The translations under genes and the position numbers were made by a program. From assembly GCA_963805085.1 (NCBI GenBank), contig CAWDTA010000002.1, positions 512,001-576,000 of the forward strand: 64,000 nt of DNA, given 5' to 3'. The notes beneath the pieces were generated by a model, which made no database searches, was not told where the DNA came from, and saw only the letters and a list, made by a program, of their open reading frames with translations. Positions 40,974 through 51,030 of this stretch are shown here, piece after piece; position 1 is the first letter of the stretch; every line of letters begins with the position of its first letter. Origin of the DNA: an uncultured Veillonellaceae bacterium. Lineage in GTDB: Bacteria > Bacillota > Negativicutes > JARBTT01.

Positions 40974-41282
40974 TCAGAAATGTACACTATTCTCTATTTT
41001 ATAGGTATTTCCCACCTTTGATTCAATCAATTGAACCACTTTAGATATTTTACTTATAAACTTCTTCTCTTCCACTACGTTATCAAATCCTTTATATCTA
41101 AACTCAACTTTATTATCAATAAAAAGACTATCATATTTATCTTGAATATCTTTGAGAAGGTTTTGTATATCTATTTCATTTTTTAATTCATTAGGTACAT
41201 CATTTAAGACTATTTCACCTTTTTCATTGTATACCCATATTGGATAACACCGATATTCTAAAAGTATTCTTATCTTCCTCAT
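40974..41282 (-). CDS. Hypothetical protein, putative toxin immunity protein
   Basis: 102 aa with an AGGAGG RBS overlapping the stop of an upstream toxin-like remnant. Confidence 0.6.
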   Translation of the reverse strand: MRKIRILLEYRCYPIWVYNEKGEIVLNDVPNELKNEIDIQNLLKDIQDKYDSLFIDNKVEFRYKGFDNVVEEKKFISKISKVVQLIESKVGNTYKIENSVHF

Positions 41283-41291
41283 TTTCTCCTC

Positions 41292-41430
41292 CTAAGGTAA
41301 TGTCGTCGGGTTTGCGCCTACAATATGTTGCTATTACTTCCAATAGTAATAGCAACATATTGCTTGACCCCATTATATATGACTTCAAATATTGGTCTCC
41401 CCGTTCCTTTTCCCTGATAGGCAACAACTT
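41292..41430 (-). pseudogene. C-terminal remnant of a polymorphic toxin-like gene
   Basis: KVVAYQGKGTGRPIFEVIYNGVKQYVAITIGSN-(frameshift)-IVGANPTTLP*, cut at REP-B. Confidence 0.55.
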
Positions 41431-41470
41431 TGGGACAACGGTGGGACAAGGGGACAGGTTTGCTGTCCCA

Positions 41471-42229
41471 CTATAATCTATCAATTACGCTTTTAGAAAT
41501 TCCTGTTATTCTTGCTAATTGCCTTATCGTAATGCCATCCTTTTCTTTTATCTTTCGGATTACATTATCCCGTTGCTCTTTATTTAATCGTTGCAATTGA
41601 CTAATCGTTGTTATTCCAATTTCACTTAAATATTTCATTATTTTCTGATCGGATACAATCACTTTTTCTCTACAACCCAAACATTCATCTACATTGTTTT
41701 CATTTGTATACTCTATAAATAATTTTGTCGCCGCTGCTTTGTCACTCGAAAAATTTTCTAACGCAAGCTCTATATCTGTAATGCCTGGTATACCGACATA
41801 ATTATGATAACTACTCCACAAATATTTACCTGCATTTTTTGCAATTCCTGCTTTTACCGGATTCTGATGAATGTATCTCAAAACCATAAGAAATTATCCA
41901 TCTGTCTCGACAACTTCACTCTTATATCGCTCTTGAAACAGATGTCCACGTCGTTCATATTTTTGATTGTACCAATATACATAGCTACTACTAATTCGTT
42001 TTATCACTTGGTCTATTGATTCTTTATTCTCTTTTATCAGCAAATGAATATGGTTATCCATCAAACAATATCCATATAGCAAATAACCGCTCAACTTCTT
42101 ATAATATGCAAGCGTTTCTAAAAATCTTTGTTTGTCTTCTTCATCTTCAAATATATTTTGTTTATTGATTCCCCTACATATCAGATGATAGATTCCCGTT
42201 TGACTTTTTACCCGAGCTTTTCTTGGTGT
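41471..42229 (-). pseudogene. RAYT family B pseudogene
   Basis: Same length as and near-identical to 36250-37008. ATG is changed to ACA and there is an in-frame TAA at 41894-41896. Confidence 0.92.
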
Positions 42230-42325
42230 AGTATCACCTTGATATTAGTATAACATCTTTTTTATCAGTGGGACAGGAAACCTGTCCCCTTGTCCCTATA
42301 TCGTTTTATTTTCTGCAAAATTTTT

Positions 42326-42613
42326 TCAATCGAACTTTAGAGAATCCATACTGTTAGGTTTGATTTCCTGCTCTAATGATTCCTTATATATTTTCGCATA
42401 GGTAATTTCTCTAAACTCTTCTAATGAAATTTCGTCAGCTATTTCATTGACCTGCCCGACTAGCGAAAAATCATATATATTAACTGCATCTTGCCACTTG
42501 ATCATCACATATTCTTTGCAATCTAAATCTGTAAGCAATTTAACTGTAAAATCAGTGTTCTCTACTTCCTGAGCAATAATCGTGGCTTTTGGTGTTCTAT
42601 AGATTCTATACAT
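42326..42613 (-). CDS. Hypothetical protein
   Basis: 95-aa ORF with a GAGG RBS; probably a remnant of a phage or integrative element. Confidence 0.5.
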   Translation of the reverse strand: MYRIYRTPKATIIAQEVENTDFTVKLLTDLDCKEYVMIKWQDAVNIYDFSLVGQVNEIADEISLEEFREITYAKIYKESLEQEIKPNSMDSLKFD

Positions 42614-43010
42614 TTACAGAACCTCTGTTTTCCCAAAAAACATATCTTGTCCCTTGTAAATAGAACGAACCTCTCCCCTTGGTTGTGGCGAGGAGGCTTC
42701 CTCGCCACACGCTGGTGCGATACCTTGCCCACAGCTTTTTACTACCTTGTACTGTTACCAATTTATTTCCCCCTTCATCATTCTGCACGTGGTTTCTTCT
42801 ATCCGCTGATGCAGATAGAAAAAACCAACATACAGTTTGTTTCAGGGGAAATTAAAAAAGCGCATGCGTGGGTTTTCCAACCTACACATGCGCTATACTT
42901 CATCTTGATTGCATGCAGACGCTAAGCCTCTGCCAAAACTTCAATCGTATTATACCAAGCGAACGGACTATCTCCCTTGTAATCAAGGGAAAAGCACGGT
43001 ATAATAAATT

Positions 43011-43105
43011 GTCGTCGTAGACAGCTAGCTGTTACGTGTAGGTGCTCGTACCACCTGCTCGTGCCTCAGAGTGTTCTAGCACTCTCAGGACACGGCGACT
43101 TTTTT
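43011..43105 (+). ncRNA. Candidate cloverleaf small RNA (architecture like phage C4/CI antisense RNAs)
   Basis: Promoter TTGTAA-17-TATAAT (42977-43005); closing stem GTCGTCGT/ACGGCGAC around three hairpins; U-tract. Confidence 0.5.
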
Positions 43106-43306
43106 AATTTCCACCTTATTCCTTAATTATATTACATTTCTTAGCGATTGCAAGTAAAAGTGAGTCAAAATATGATTTTTTTATAGAGAAAAAGCGAGGT
43201 TAGCGGATTTTTTTTACGTCCGTTGACCTCGCTTTATATATTTTAGTATAGTCAATTGATTTTATTTTTCTATGGAAGATAGCATTTTATTTCACCTTGT
43301 AAATGC

Positions 43307-44050
43307 TTATATGATATCTTTTATCTGCTCACGCCATAGTAAATATCCAGAATCATTAAGATGCAAACCATCAACTGTATAATTACTTGGAAGTCGACCA
43401 TCAGAGCCAGTTAAAGCAGGCGTCAAATCAATATATGGGTAGTTATATTCGTGAGCCAATTTTTCAATTTGAACATTTAGCTGTTTGATATTGCCATTGG
43501 TCCGTAAAGCTCGGGAAGGAAATATTGTTTCATTAAACGGCAGCACACTCTGAATATAGATTTTTGTGTCTGGTAATTCATTATGCAAACGATTGAGGAT
43601 TTTTCGATAATTTGTCATTGTGTCTGGAATTGAGCTGTTAAAGCAAAGGTCATTTGTTCCAATCATTAAAAAAATTTGCGATGGCTGCAATGCAATTACT
43701 TGATCAAGACGATTTAACACGCCAAGTGTTGTATCCCCACCAATTCCCCGATTTATTACTGGCAAGTCAGGAAAAAGTTTCGACCAATCTCCCTCGTCAG
43801 TCATACTGTCCCCCAAGAAAACGATCTGATGCTCCGAATGCGGGGCTAGCGAAAAATACATTTTTCTAAAACGATAATAAATGCTCAGATAAGCTGGATC
43901 ATCAGGCTTACGACTCAGGTCATTCGCCCATAGATATAATTTTTGTTCCTTTCTGTGAGCCATAGAATGAACTGATGGATTACTTAAAACCAGCATACAT
44001 AACATAAGTATCGGTAATGTAATATAAACAACTAAATTTTTTACAGGCAT
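43307..44050 (-). CDS. GDSL/SGNH hydrolase with N-terminal signal or anchor
   Basis: FLGDSMT, NRGIGGD, IGTND and DGLH motifs. Confidence 0.92.
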   Translation of the reverse strand: MPVKNLVVYITLPILMLCMLVLSNPSVHSMAHRKEQKLYLWANDLSRKPDDPAYLSIYYRFRKMYFSLAPHSEHQIVFLGDSMTDEGDWSKLFPDLPVINRGIGGDTTLGVLNRLDQVIALQPSQIFLMIGTNDLCFNSSIPDTMTNYRKILNRLHNELPDTKIYIQSVLPFNETIFPSRALRTNGNIKQLNVQIEKLAHEYNYPYIDLTPALTGSDGRLPSNYTVDGLHLNDSGYLLWREQIKDII

Positions 44051-44255
44051 ATAATATTCTCCTAAGCTAAATTTAATAGTACAAATGCTGAGTGCACGAT
44101 CCTCTTGACTTGCCTATTTAATACGATATTTTACTATTCTATAAACCAACTAACAACTCCTTCTTGACATATAAGTTTTTAGTCATGTACTTTTAAGGAA
44201 CAAATGCTGTATAATAAAATGGTTATAATAATTAAGAATTGCGTGGTGTGCATAT

Positions 44256-44870
44256 ATGGCAAAATCAGTAGCCTCTTATCAGTCCATAGCACTGGATATT
44301 GCAAAAAGAATCATCAATGATGAATTTCCTGTCGGGACTAAAATATCTGGTAGAACACTTTTGTCTAGTCAATATAGCGTTTCACCTGAAACGATTAGAA
44401 AAGCAATTGGCATTTTAAAAAATGCTAATGTAGTTAACGTATCGCAAGGTAAAGAAATCACGATTCTCTCCTCCCAGCAAGCCTATAATTTAATTGAGCA
44501 TCACAAAGAAATTATTTCTGCTTATTCACTAAAGCAAGAATTAGAAATACTTCTTGAACAAAAAGAAGAAACAGACCGACAGTTTCGTAAGATCGTTACC
44601 GAAATCATGCGGTATTCTGATCGATTGAAAAATCTTGATCCCTATAATCCTGTTGAAATTCGAATTTCACCGAATGCTACAGTAGTAGGTAAATCATTAG
44701 AAACACTCGATTTATGGCACAATACAGGTGCAACCATTGTAGCGATCCGTAGAGAAACAGAAATTATGATTTCGCCTAGTCCAGCTACGATTCTACAATC
44801 TGATGACCGCATTGTAGTAGTCGGTTCAGCTGCTATGTTGCAAAATGTTTTTGATTTCATCAACCCATAA
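44256..44870 (+). CDS. GntR-HTH plus TrkA-C (RCK_C) regulator (BusR-like)
   Basis: YSVSPETIRKA HTH and C-terminal TGATIVAIRR..ISP. Confidence 0.85.
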   Translation: MAKSVASYQSIALDIAKRIINDEFPVGTKISGRTLLSSQYSVSPETIRKAIGILKNANVVNVSQGKEITILSSQQAYNLIEHHKEIISAYSLKQELEILLEQKEETDRQFRKIVTEIMRYSDRLKNLDPYNPVEIRISPNATVVGKSLETLDLWHNTGATIVAIRRETEIMISPSPATILQSDDRIVVVGSAAMLQNVFDFINP

Positions 44871-44947
44871 AACGAACAAAGTAGGAATGGCATTAAACCA
44901 CTCTCACATTGTATTAAATTGGATCTTTGCACAAGGAGAAAACTCAC

Positions 44948-46528
44948 ATGCGTACACCAAAAATAAGTAAAGCATATTATTCATTAACCCACTGGCATCA
45001 TTTTCGGCTAAAATTATTTGGCGAAGGCATTTTCATTGGTTTTATTGTTGGATTTATCATTGCAGCATTTCGCTATTTACTGGAACAAGCAGAAATGCTC
45101 CGCAGTGTCATCTATAGTTATTTGCAAACAGGATACTGGCCACTGACGATGTTGTGGTTTCTAGCATTATTCGGGATAGCTTATCTATTAAACTGGATCG
45201 TCAAAATAGAGCCAATGTCTGCTGGCAGTGGTATCCCGCAGGTAAAAGGAATCATTTTAGGCTTCATGAAAATGAATTGGTTAAAAGTATTACTAACTAA
45301 GTTTATTGGTGGTGTTTTAGCTATCGGCGCTGGTTTATCCTTAGGACGTGAAGGTCCGTCTATCCAATTGGGCGCAACGGTTGGGCAAGGGATCAGCCGA
45401 AGCCTTGGCAGATCAAAAATGGAAGAACGATACTTGCTCACAAGTGGCGCTAGCGCTGGCCTAGCGGCAGCGTTTAATGCACCATTAGCAGGAGTAATGT
45501 TTTCCTTAGAAGAATTGCACAAAAACTTTTCGCCAGCGGTTTTAATGTCAGCAGTAGCTGCAGCACTAACTGCGGTCTTAGTATCACAACAGTTTTTCGG
45601 CTACAACCCTGTATTTAACTTTATTGGCTTACCTATTTTACCTATCAACTATTATGGACTTATTATCGCACTAGGGATTTTCATGGGTTTTTTAGGCATC
45701 GCCTTCAACCGCTTCTTAATAAAGTCACTAGAGATTTACGAACAACAAACTTTACTATCTGGTATGTGGAAACTAGCTTTACCGCTGGTTCTCGCTGGAA
45801 TCATCGGTTTTTTCTTGCCAGAGATTCTAGGCGGTGGCAATAACTTAGTTGATGAATTAGCAACTAAATCATTTAGTCTAAACATGCTATGGCTATTACT
45901 CCTAGCAAAATTCTTTTTTACTATGGTGAGCTTTGGGTCAGGCGTTCCCGGCGGGATTTTTTTACCGATGTTGGTGATTGGGGCATTGGCTGGCAGTGTA
46001 TTTAGCCATATACTGATTAATTTCGGTCAACTGGATCCCTATTACAGTACGAATATTATCGTATTATCCATGGCAGCATATTTTTCGGCAGTTGTGAAAG
46101 CTCCGATAACAGGTAGTATTCTAATCATGGAAATGACAGGCTCTTTTAATCATATGTTTTCACTTATTATTGTCTCGATGACTGCTTACCTTGTAACGGA
46201 TATCGCCAAAATAAAGCCAATTTATGAAGAACTATTAGAACGCTCGTTAATTAAACAGGGAAAACTGTCCGTTAACATTACTACAAAAAAGAAAATTATT
46301 ATTGATGTAACAATTGGTATTGGTTCAAAGCTAGATGGCAAGCAAATAAAAAATATCACCTGGCCACCGAACTGTTTATTGGTAAGCATTAAACGTGGTG
46401 ATACTGAATTGGTCCCCAAAGGAGATACCCGCATCATTATCGGTGATTATTTATATGTATTAACCACTGCTGATCAGGCAAAACAACTTCGCGAACTTGC
46501 AGAGGAATGCGAACCACAACTACCATAA
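44948..46528 (+). CDS. ClC-family H+/Cl- antiporter with C-terminal TrkA-C domain
   Basis: GSGIP, GREGP, AFNAPLAG and GGIFLP signatures. Confidence 0.93.
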   Translation: MRTPKISKAYYSLTHWHHFRLKLFGEGIFIGFIVGFIIAAFRYLLEQAEMLRSVIYSYLQTGYWPLTMLWFLALFGIAYLLNWIVKIEPMSAGSGIPQVKGIILGFMKMNWLKVLLTKFIGGVLAIGAGLSLGREGPSIQLGATVGQGISRSLGRSKMEERYLLTSGASAGLAAAFNAPLAGVMFSLEELHKNFSPAVLMSAVAAALTAVLVSQQFFGYNPVFNFIGLPILPINYYGLIIALGIFMGFLGIAFNRFLIKSLEIYEQQTLLSGMWKLALPLVLAGIIGFFLPEILGGGNNLVDELATKSFSLNMLWLLLLAKFFFTMVSFGSGVPGGIFLPMLVIGALAGSVFSHILINFGQLDPYYSTNIIVLSMAAYFSAVVKAPITGSILIMEMTGSFNHMFSLIIVSMTAYLVTDIAKIKPIYEELLERSLIKQGKLSVNITTKKKIIIDVTIGIGSKLDGKQIKNITWPPNCLLVSIKRGDTELVPKGDTRIIIGDYLYVLTTADQAKQLRELAEECEPQLP

Positions 46529-46791
46529 TAAATCGAATCGCACTCTCTCATCATCGTTTGTGTCAAAATACTTTCTCAGATTATACACAATCTTTTTAAA
46601 TGACATGAATGGTTTCGCTACCCCTTTTGTTCAACCTGCAAAAATCAAATCATAACAAAAAAAGCTGTGCATAATGTAGATTTCTGTCTACTTACGCACA
46701 GCTTTTTCATCCTTATTCTGGTGTCCAATTTATCACACAATCTTTGAAATCAAACATTTTAAAATAAAAAACAACTAAATTGGGACGCTAC

Positions 46792-47346
46792 TCATTTCGC
46801 CCGTTGTAAATCAGCGAGAATCACTTTTTCGTCATTTAACGTCACTTTATTCGGTAATACTCTATGCAGTTCATCTAAAAATTCATCACCTGGTTTAAAA
46901 TAAATTCGACAATTTTCTATTTTTCCTTTTTTAGAAGTGACAGTATAAGCAATCGTCCAAACATCTCTTGCATCAAGGGCTGACTGGAGCCTATCGGTAT
47001 GGCGAAACTTTGTAATTTCTACAAGTTTAGGTTGATACCTATAAATCCCCATGATGGAACGAAAATCTACTTCATATCTTTTTTTGCCCCAAAGACTAGA
47101 TTTATGAAATACCAAAGAATCTTGTTTTAGTTCGCAAGTATACTTTGCATGGATACGATTCAATAAAACGACTAAAAATACAACATCAAAAGTAACTCCC
47201 ATTGGCTCAAATATATTGAGCGTAAAAAATCTAATTATATCTAAAACAACCAATACTGTAAAAAATGTAATTCCAGCCATCATAATTATCGTATTTTTTT
47301 TTGCAGGCGTAGATGTAACTAGTAATCTGCTCATATTGTCTCTCAC
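46792..47346 (-). CDS. Hypothetical membrane protein
   Basis: Two N-terminal TM helices followed by a soluble domain. Confidence 0.6.
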   Translation of the reverse strand: MRDNMSRLLVTSTPAKKNTIIMMAGITFFTVLVVLDIIRFFTLNIFEPMGVTFDVVFLVVLLNRIHAKYTCELKQDSLVFHKSSLWGKKRYEVDFRSIMGIYRYQPKLVEITKFRHTDRLQSALDARDVWTIAYTVTSKKGKIENCRIYFKPGDEFLDELHRVLPNKVTLNDEKVILADLQRAK

Positions 47347-47469
47347 CCCTTTAAAGATATTCTTAGATAAAAAAGGGACGTTGCTGAAACTTTGGCTTCA
47401 ACACTATCCCCTTTTTGTAATCGTTAACCATCATTGATCATAAAACTAGCGAACAGCTTAGGTCGATAT

Positions 47470-48846
47470 TTATAGACCAAGCACGCCGAAGAATACGTAG
47501 CAAAGGATGGCACCAACCACCGACATCGAGAATCCCCAGATTAATAAGTGTCGGAACATCTTGCCTTTATCTTCTTTATCATCCGCACAAGCAATACAAA
47601 TTGCGCCGAAAAGTGACAGTGGCGAAGTATCAACCATGTGAGAACCAACATTGATCGAGGAAATCATCGAGATGGCATTCCCGCCACCCAATTGATCAAT
47701 CAAACCTGGTACAAGTGGTAAGAACATCGGCATAACTACGCCAGAGGAACTTGAATATGCAGAAATAATACCGGTTACTAACGCCAATATCCCATTGACG
47801 CTAACTGGATTCGATACAGCGGCAATGATACCTACAAGAGCATTTAATCCGCCTGCTTTATCCATAACATCAATCAAGATTCCCATACCACCTACCATGA
47901 TAATAACAGACCATGGAATGGACTCAACAGCAGCTTTACTGTCACCAGCATTGAAGATCAAAAGAATCGTGGAAAGGATGAAAGCGACAGCACCTACATT
48001 TGTTGATTTACCCGTTCCAATCATATTCATGATTTCTGGCGAAAACAAGCCTTTTGTCACTGACAAACTTGGAAGAATAACTAAGAGAATTAAGACCCCA
48101 ATACAACCTAATGTTAGCCATTGTTTTCTATCAAAAGGCTCTGGTTTTGGTGCAATGTCATCAATACTCAAGGTAGAGTGACGTTGATTTTTGATCCATG
48201 CCCAACCACCAAGAGCGAGGAAACCACCAACATTCCCGGCAACTTGCGCAATTTCGGAATTTAAGTGAACTTTCCATGCCAAGAGATTCAAATCACCCAA
48301 ATGCTGTCCCATTGCTTCTAGTTGTGGTACCATTTTGGCAATAAAAGAGTTCGCAATAATCCCAGTAGGAGCAATAGGAGAGAAAGCCGCACCATTTGCC
48401 GCCCCTACCACAAGTAGAGTCATCAAGAATGCACTCATACCAATACGACTCGCAATGGCCATAACTACTGGAGCCATAAGTGTTACAGTCGCTATGTTAC
48501 CAGGACCAATGGTTGTTATAATGGTAATTAAAACAAAGATAATTAAAGGAATTAATGCCGTGTTACCTTTTGCCAGCCGTATTGCATTGGCTGTAAGTTT
48601 CTCCATGGTTCCATTGGTAGTCGCAATCCCAAAAAGGAAAGTTACACCTGTTAACACCATGAATAAGTCCAGTGGCCAAGCCTGCATAATCTTGACTGCT
48701 GAAAGATTTGCAAACATGGAGCCTATGCCAATAGCAAATGCAATGGCAACAATACCAACATTAAGATCTTCATTGTACATGGATATCCCAACTACAATGA
48801 CAACGCCAATGAGTGAAGCAATAGCTGCAGTAGACATTTCTAACAT
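47470..48846 (-). CDS. SLC13/MatC-like dicarboxylate transporter
   Basis: Multi-TM protein with GVTFLFGIA..NGT, FSPIAPTG and DTSPLS..GA; downstream of the decarboxylase genes. Confidence 0.8.
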   Translation of the reverse strand: MLEMSTAAIASLIGVVIVVGISMYNEDLNVGIVAIAFAIGIGSMFANLSAVKIMQAWPLDLFMVLTGVTFLFGIATTNGTMEKLTANAIRLAKGNTALIPLIIFVLITIITTIGPGNIATVTLMAPVVMAIASRIGMSAFLMTLLVVGAANGAAFSPIAPTGIIANSFIAKMVPQLEAMGQHLGDLNLLAWKVHLNSEIAQVAGNVGGFLALGGWAWIKNQRHSTLSIDDIAPKPEPFDRKQWLTLGCIGVLILLVILPSLSVTKGLFSPEIMNMIGTGKSTNVGAVAFILSTILLIFNAGDSKAAVESIPWSVIIMVGGMGILIDVMDKAGGLNALVGIIAAVSNPVSVNGILALVTGIISAYSSSSGVVMPMFLPLVPGLIDQLGGGNAISMISSINVGSHMVDTSPLSLFGAICIACADDKEDKGKMFRHLLIWGFSMSVVGAILCYVFFGVLGL

Positions 48847-48925
48847 AGAAGGATCCCTCCTTGTGTTATTATTTTTATTTCAGCGAAAAACCTTGTTCCA
48901 AATAATTTTTACCGTTTCTTTTTTA

Positions 48926-49060
48926 TTACTCTTCATCTTCACCAGCTGGAAAAGCCTTATGAAGTAATTTGGTTGCCGCCATAAATATGGCAATTACAAA
49001 AAACATTGTCGGTAGCGCAATTCCCATCATGGTGATTGCTTTTACAGTTGCTTCTTCCAT
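48926..49060 (-). CDS. OadG-related small membrane subunit (44 aa; not in the ORF track)
   Basis: MEEATVKAITMMGIALPTMFFVIAIFMAATKLLHKAFPAGEDEE has one TM helix and a GAGGTG RBS, and lies right after mmdB. Confidence 0.8.
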   Translation of the reverse strand: MEEATVKAITMMGIALPTMFFVIAIFMAATKLLHKAFPAGEDEE

Positions 49061-49076
49061 TTGTAACACCTCACTT

Positions 49077-50234
49077 TTATTTTGTTAACGCAGGTATAAG
49101 TGCTAGTACTAAACCACCAGCTACAACTGAGGCTACTTGTCCAGCTACATTAACGCCGATCGCGTGCTGAATAATAAAGTTGGTTGGATCTTCTTTTAAT
49201 GCCATTTTAGCAATAACCCGACCTGACATCGGGAATGCAGAGATACCACACGCACCAATCATTGGGTTGATTTTATTTGTACTGAACATATTTAATAATT
49301 TTGCAAACAATACGCCGCCTGCAGTATCAAAAACGAAGGCAACTGCACCAAGTACCATAATCATTCCTACTTGTGTAGTTAAGAAAGTATCAGCAGCCAT
49401 CGTGCCTCCAATCGTAATACCAAGTAGTAAAGTCACTAAATTTGCCAACTCATTTTGAGCGCAATTGGAAAGATTATCAACAACACCCGATACCTTTAGA
49501 AGGTTACCAAACATTAAACTACCAATAAGTGCAACCGATATAGGAGCTACTATGCCGGAGATAAGAACGATCATAATTGGAAATAAGAATTTCGTAGTTT
49601 GTGAAACTGGTTCTTCGTCCGAATAACCCATTTTAATCTTACGTTCCGCTTCTGTTGTCAAAGCCTTAATAACCGGTGGCTGAATAACAGGAACTAAGGA
49701 CATATAAGAATAAGCTGCAACGGATAATGGACCAAGTAACTCTTGGGCAAATCGACTCGCCACATAAATTGTCGTAGGACCATCAGCTGCGCCGATAATA
49801 CCAATAGAAGCAGCATGCTCAAAAGAGAAGCCCATCAGCGTTGCAAAAATTACAGTTGCAAAAATACCAAATTGAGCCGCAGCAGCGAATAACATGACAA
49901 TCGGGCGTCGAATGAGTGGAGTAAAGTCACACATAGCGCCAATCGCAATAAAGATTAATACTGGAAATAATTCATTCGCTATACCCGCTTTGTATAAAAC
50001 CCATAAGAACCCTTCTTCCCCAACGACTTGTGAAATTGCTGAAGAATGTGGAATATTAGCTAACAGGGCACCAAACCCAATCGGTAACAGTAAAGCAGGC
50101 TCATAATCTTTTTTTACTGCCAGATAGATTAATAAAGCACCAATCGCCCACATGACAACGTGTTTCCAGCTTAGACCAATGAATCCCATGAGTAGTTCAT
50201 CTAGCCAAGGATACTGTAATATTAAAGATTCCAT
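49077..50234 (-). CDS. mmdB: Na+-translocating decarboxylase beta subunit
   Basis: EPALLLPIGFG, IGIIGAADGPT and AAYSYMSLVP motifs. Confidence 0.93.
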   Translation of the reverse strand: MESLILQYPWLDELLMGFIGLSWKHVVMWAIGALLIYLAVKKDYEPALLLPIGFGALLANIPHSSAISQVVGEEGFLWVLYKAGIANELFPVLIFIAIGAMCDFTPLIRRPIVMLFAAAAQFGIFATVIFATLMGFSFEHAASIGIIGAADGPTTIYVASRFAQELLGPLSVAAYSYMSLVPVIQPPVIKALTTEAERKIKMGYSDEEPVSQTTKFLFPIMIVLISGIVAPISVALIGSLMFGNLLKVSGVVDNLSNCAQNELANLVTLLLGITIGGTMAADTFLTTQVGMIMVLGAVAFVFDTAGGVLFAKLLNMFSTNKINPMIGACGISAFPMSGRVIAKMALKEDPTNFIIQHAIGVNVAGQVASVVAGGLVLALIPALTK

Positions 50235-50316
50235 TATTATTCCTCCTTATGTCGTTTGTAGAAAGCCCCTGCTACGCCTTACCACTTGAGGCTTTTTTGC
50301 AAATTTTGCCTTATTG

Positions 50317-50712
50317 TCAATTACCTATAACCGCCAATACTTGTCCTGGTTTTACGTTTTCATCATTACTTACACTTACAACTTTTATAACACCGTCTAC
50401 CGATGAAGCAATTTCGTTCTGCATTTTCATCGCTTCAAGGAACATCAAAACATCCCCTTTTTGCACTTTGTCTCCGACCTTAATATTTACTTTACTTACC
50501 TTTCCAGGCATTGGCGCTTTAACTGTTGTATCACCAGCAGATACCGGTACTGCAGCTTGTGGTGCAGCCTTAGGCGGTGCTACAGGGGCGGTTATCGCAG
50601 GAGCTGCTGCAACTACCGTTGGAGCCACTGCAGCTATACTGCCACCTGTCTTTTCAACTTCCACCGAATAAGACGTACCGTTAACCGTAATTGTAAGATC
50701 CATTTTATTCAT
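50317..50712 (-). CDS. mmdC: Biotin carboxyl carrier subunit
   Basis: Ala/Pro linker, APMPG and EAMKM. Confidence 0.92.
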   Translation of the reverse strand: MNKMDLTITVNGTSYSVEVEKTGGSIAAVAPTVVAAAPAITAPVAPPKAAPQAAVPVSAGDTTVKAPMPGKVSKVNIKVGDKVQKGDVLMFLEAMKMQNEIASSVDGVIKVVSVSNDENVKPGQVLAVIGN

Positions 50713-50728
50713 ATTTAAAGCCTCCTCT

Positions 50729-51010
50729 TTATTTTTTGGCAAATCTGCGGGAATCCATCAATTTTTGTCGCCCTACTTCTGCCCATACATTGCTGATACG
50801 ATTAATTTTAAAACAAACACCAGGATGTTCCGCCGCAAGCACAGCATATGCTGCCGCGGCAATGACAGCCACAATCTCTGGATTTATCTCATTCGATAGC
50901 GTTTGTGCCTCTTCCGTTTGAGCACAATTTTTACTTTCTTTCGCTGTCTCTTTCACTATAACCTTTGGTTTTCCACCGCCAAACAAGAATGAAAAAATCC
51001 CCATATTCAA
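50729..51010 (-). CDS. Decarboxylase delta-like subunit (MmdD/OadG-like) without a clear N-terminal TM helix
   Basis: EIVAVIAAA and W...GR motifs; lies between mmdA and mmdC. Confidence 0.7.
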   Translation of the reverse strand: MNMGIFSFLFGGGKPKVIVKETAKESKNCAQTEEAQTLSNEINPEIVAVIAAAAYAVLAAEHPGVCFKINRISNVWAEVGRQKLMDSRRFAKK

Positions 51011-51030
51011 CTACACCTCCTTTAAATCAA

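Noticed and set aside
36211-42296. GGGACA repeats as a CRISPR array
   Set aside because: Spacing is irregular and kb-scale, orientation alternates and there are no cas genes. They flank RAYT genes and are REPs.
47795-48967. Long antisense ORFs (128 and 210 aa) and similar shadow ORFs across the window
   Set aside because: They lie opposite well-supported genes and reflect codon bias.
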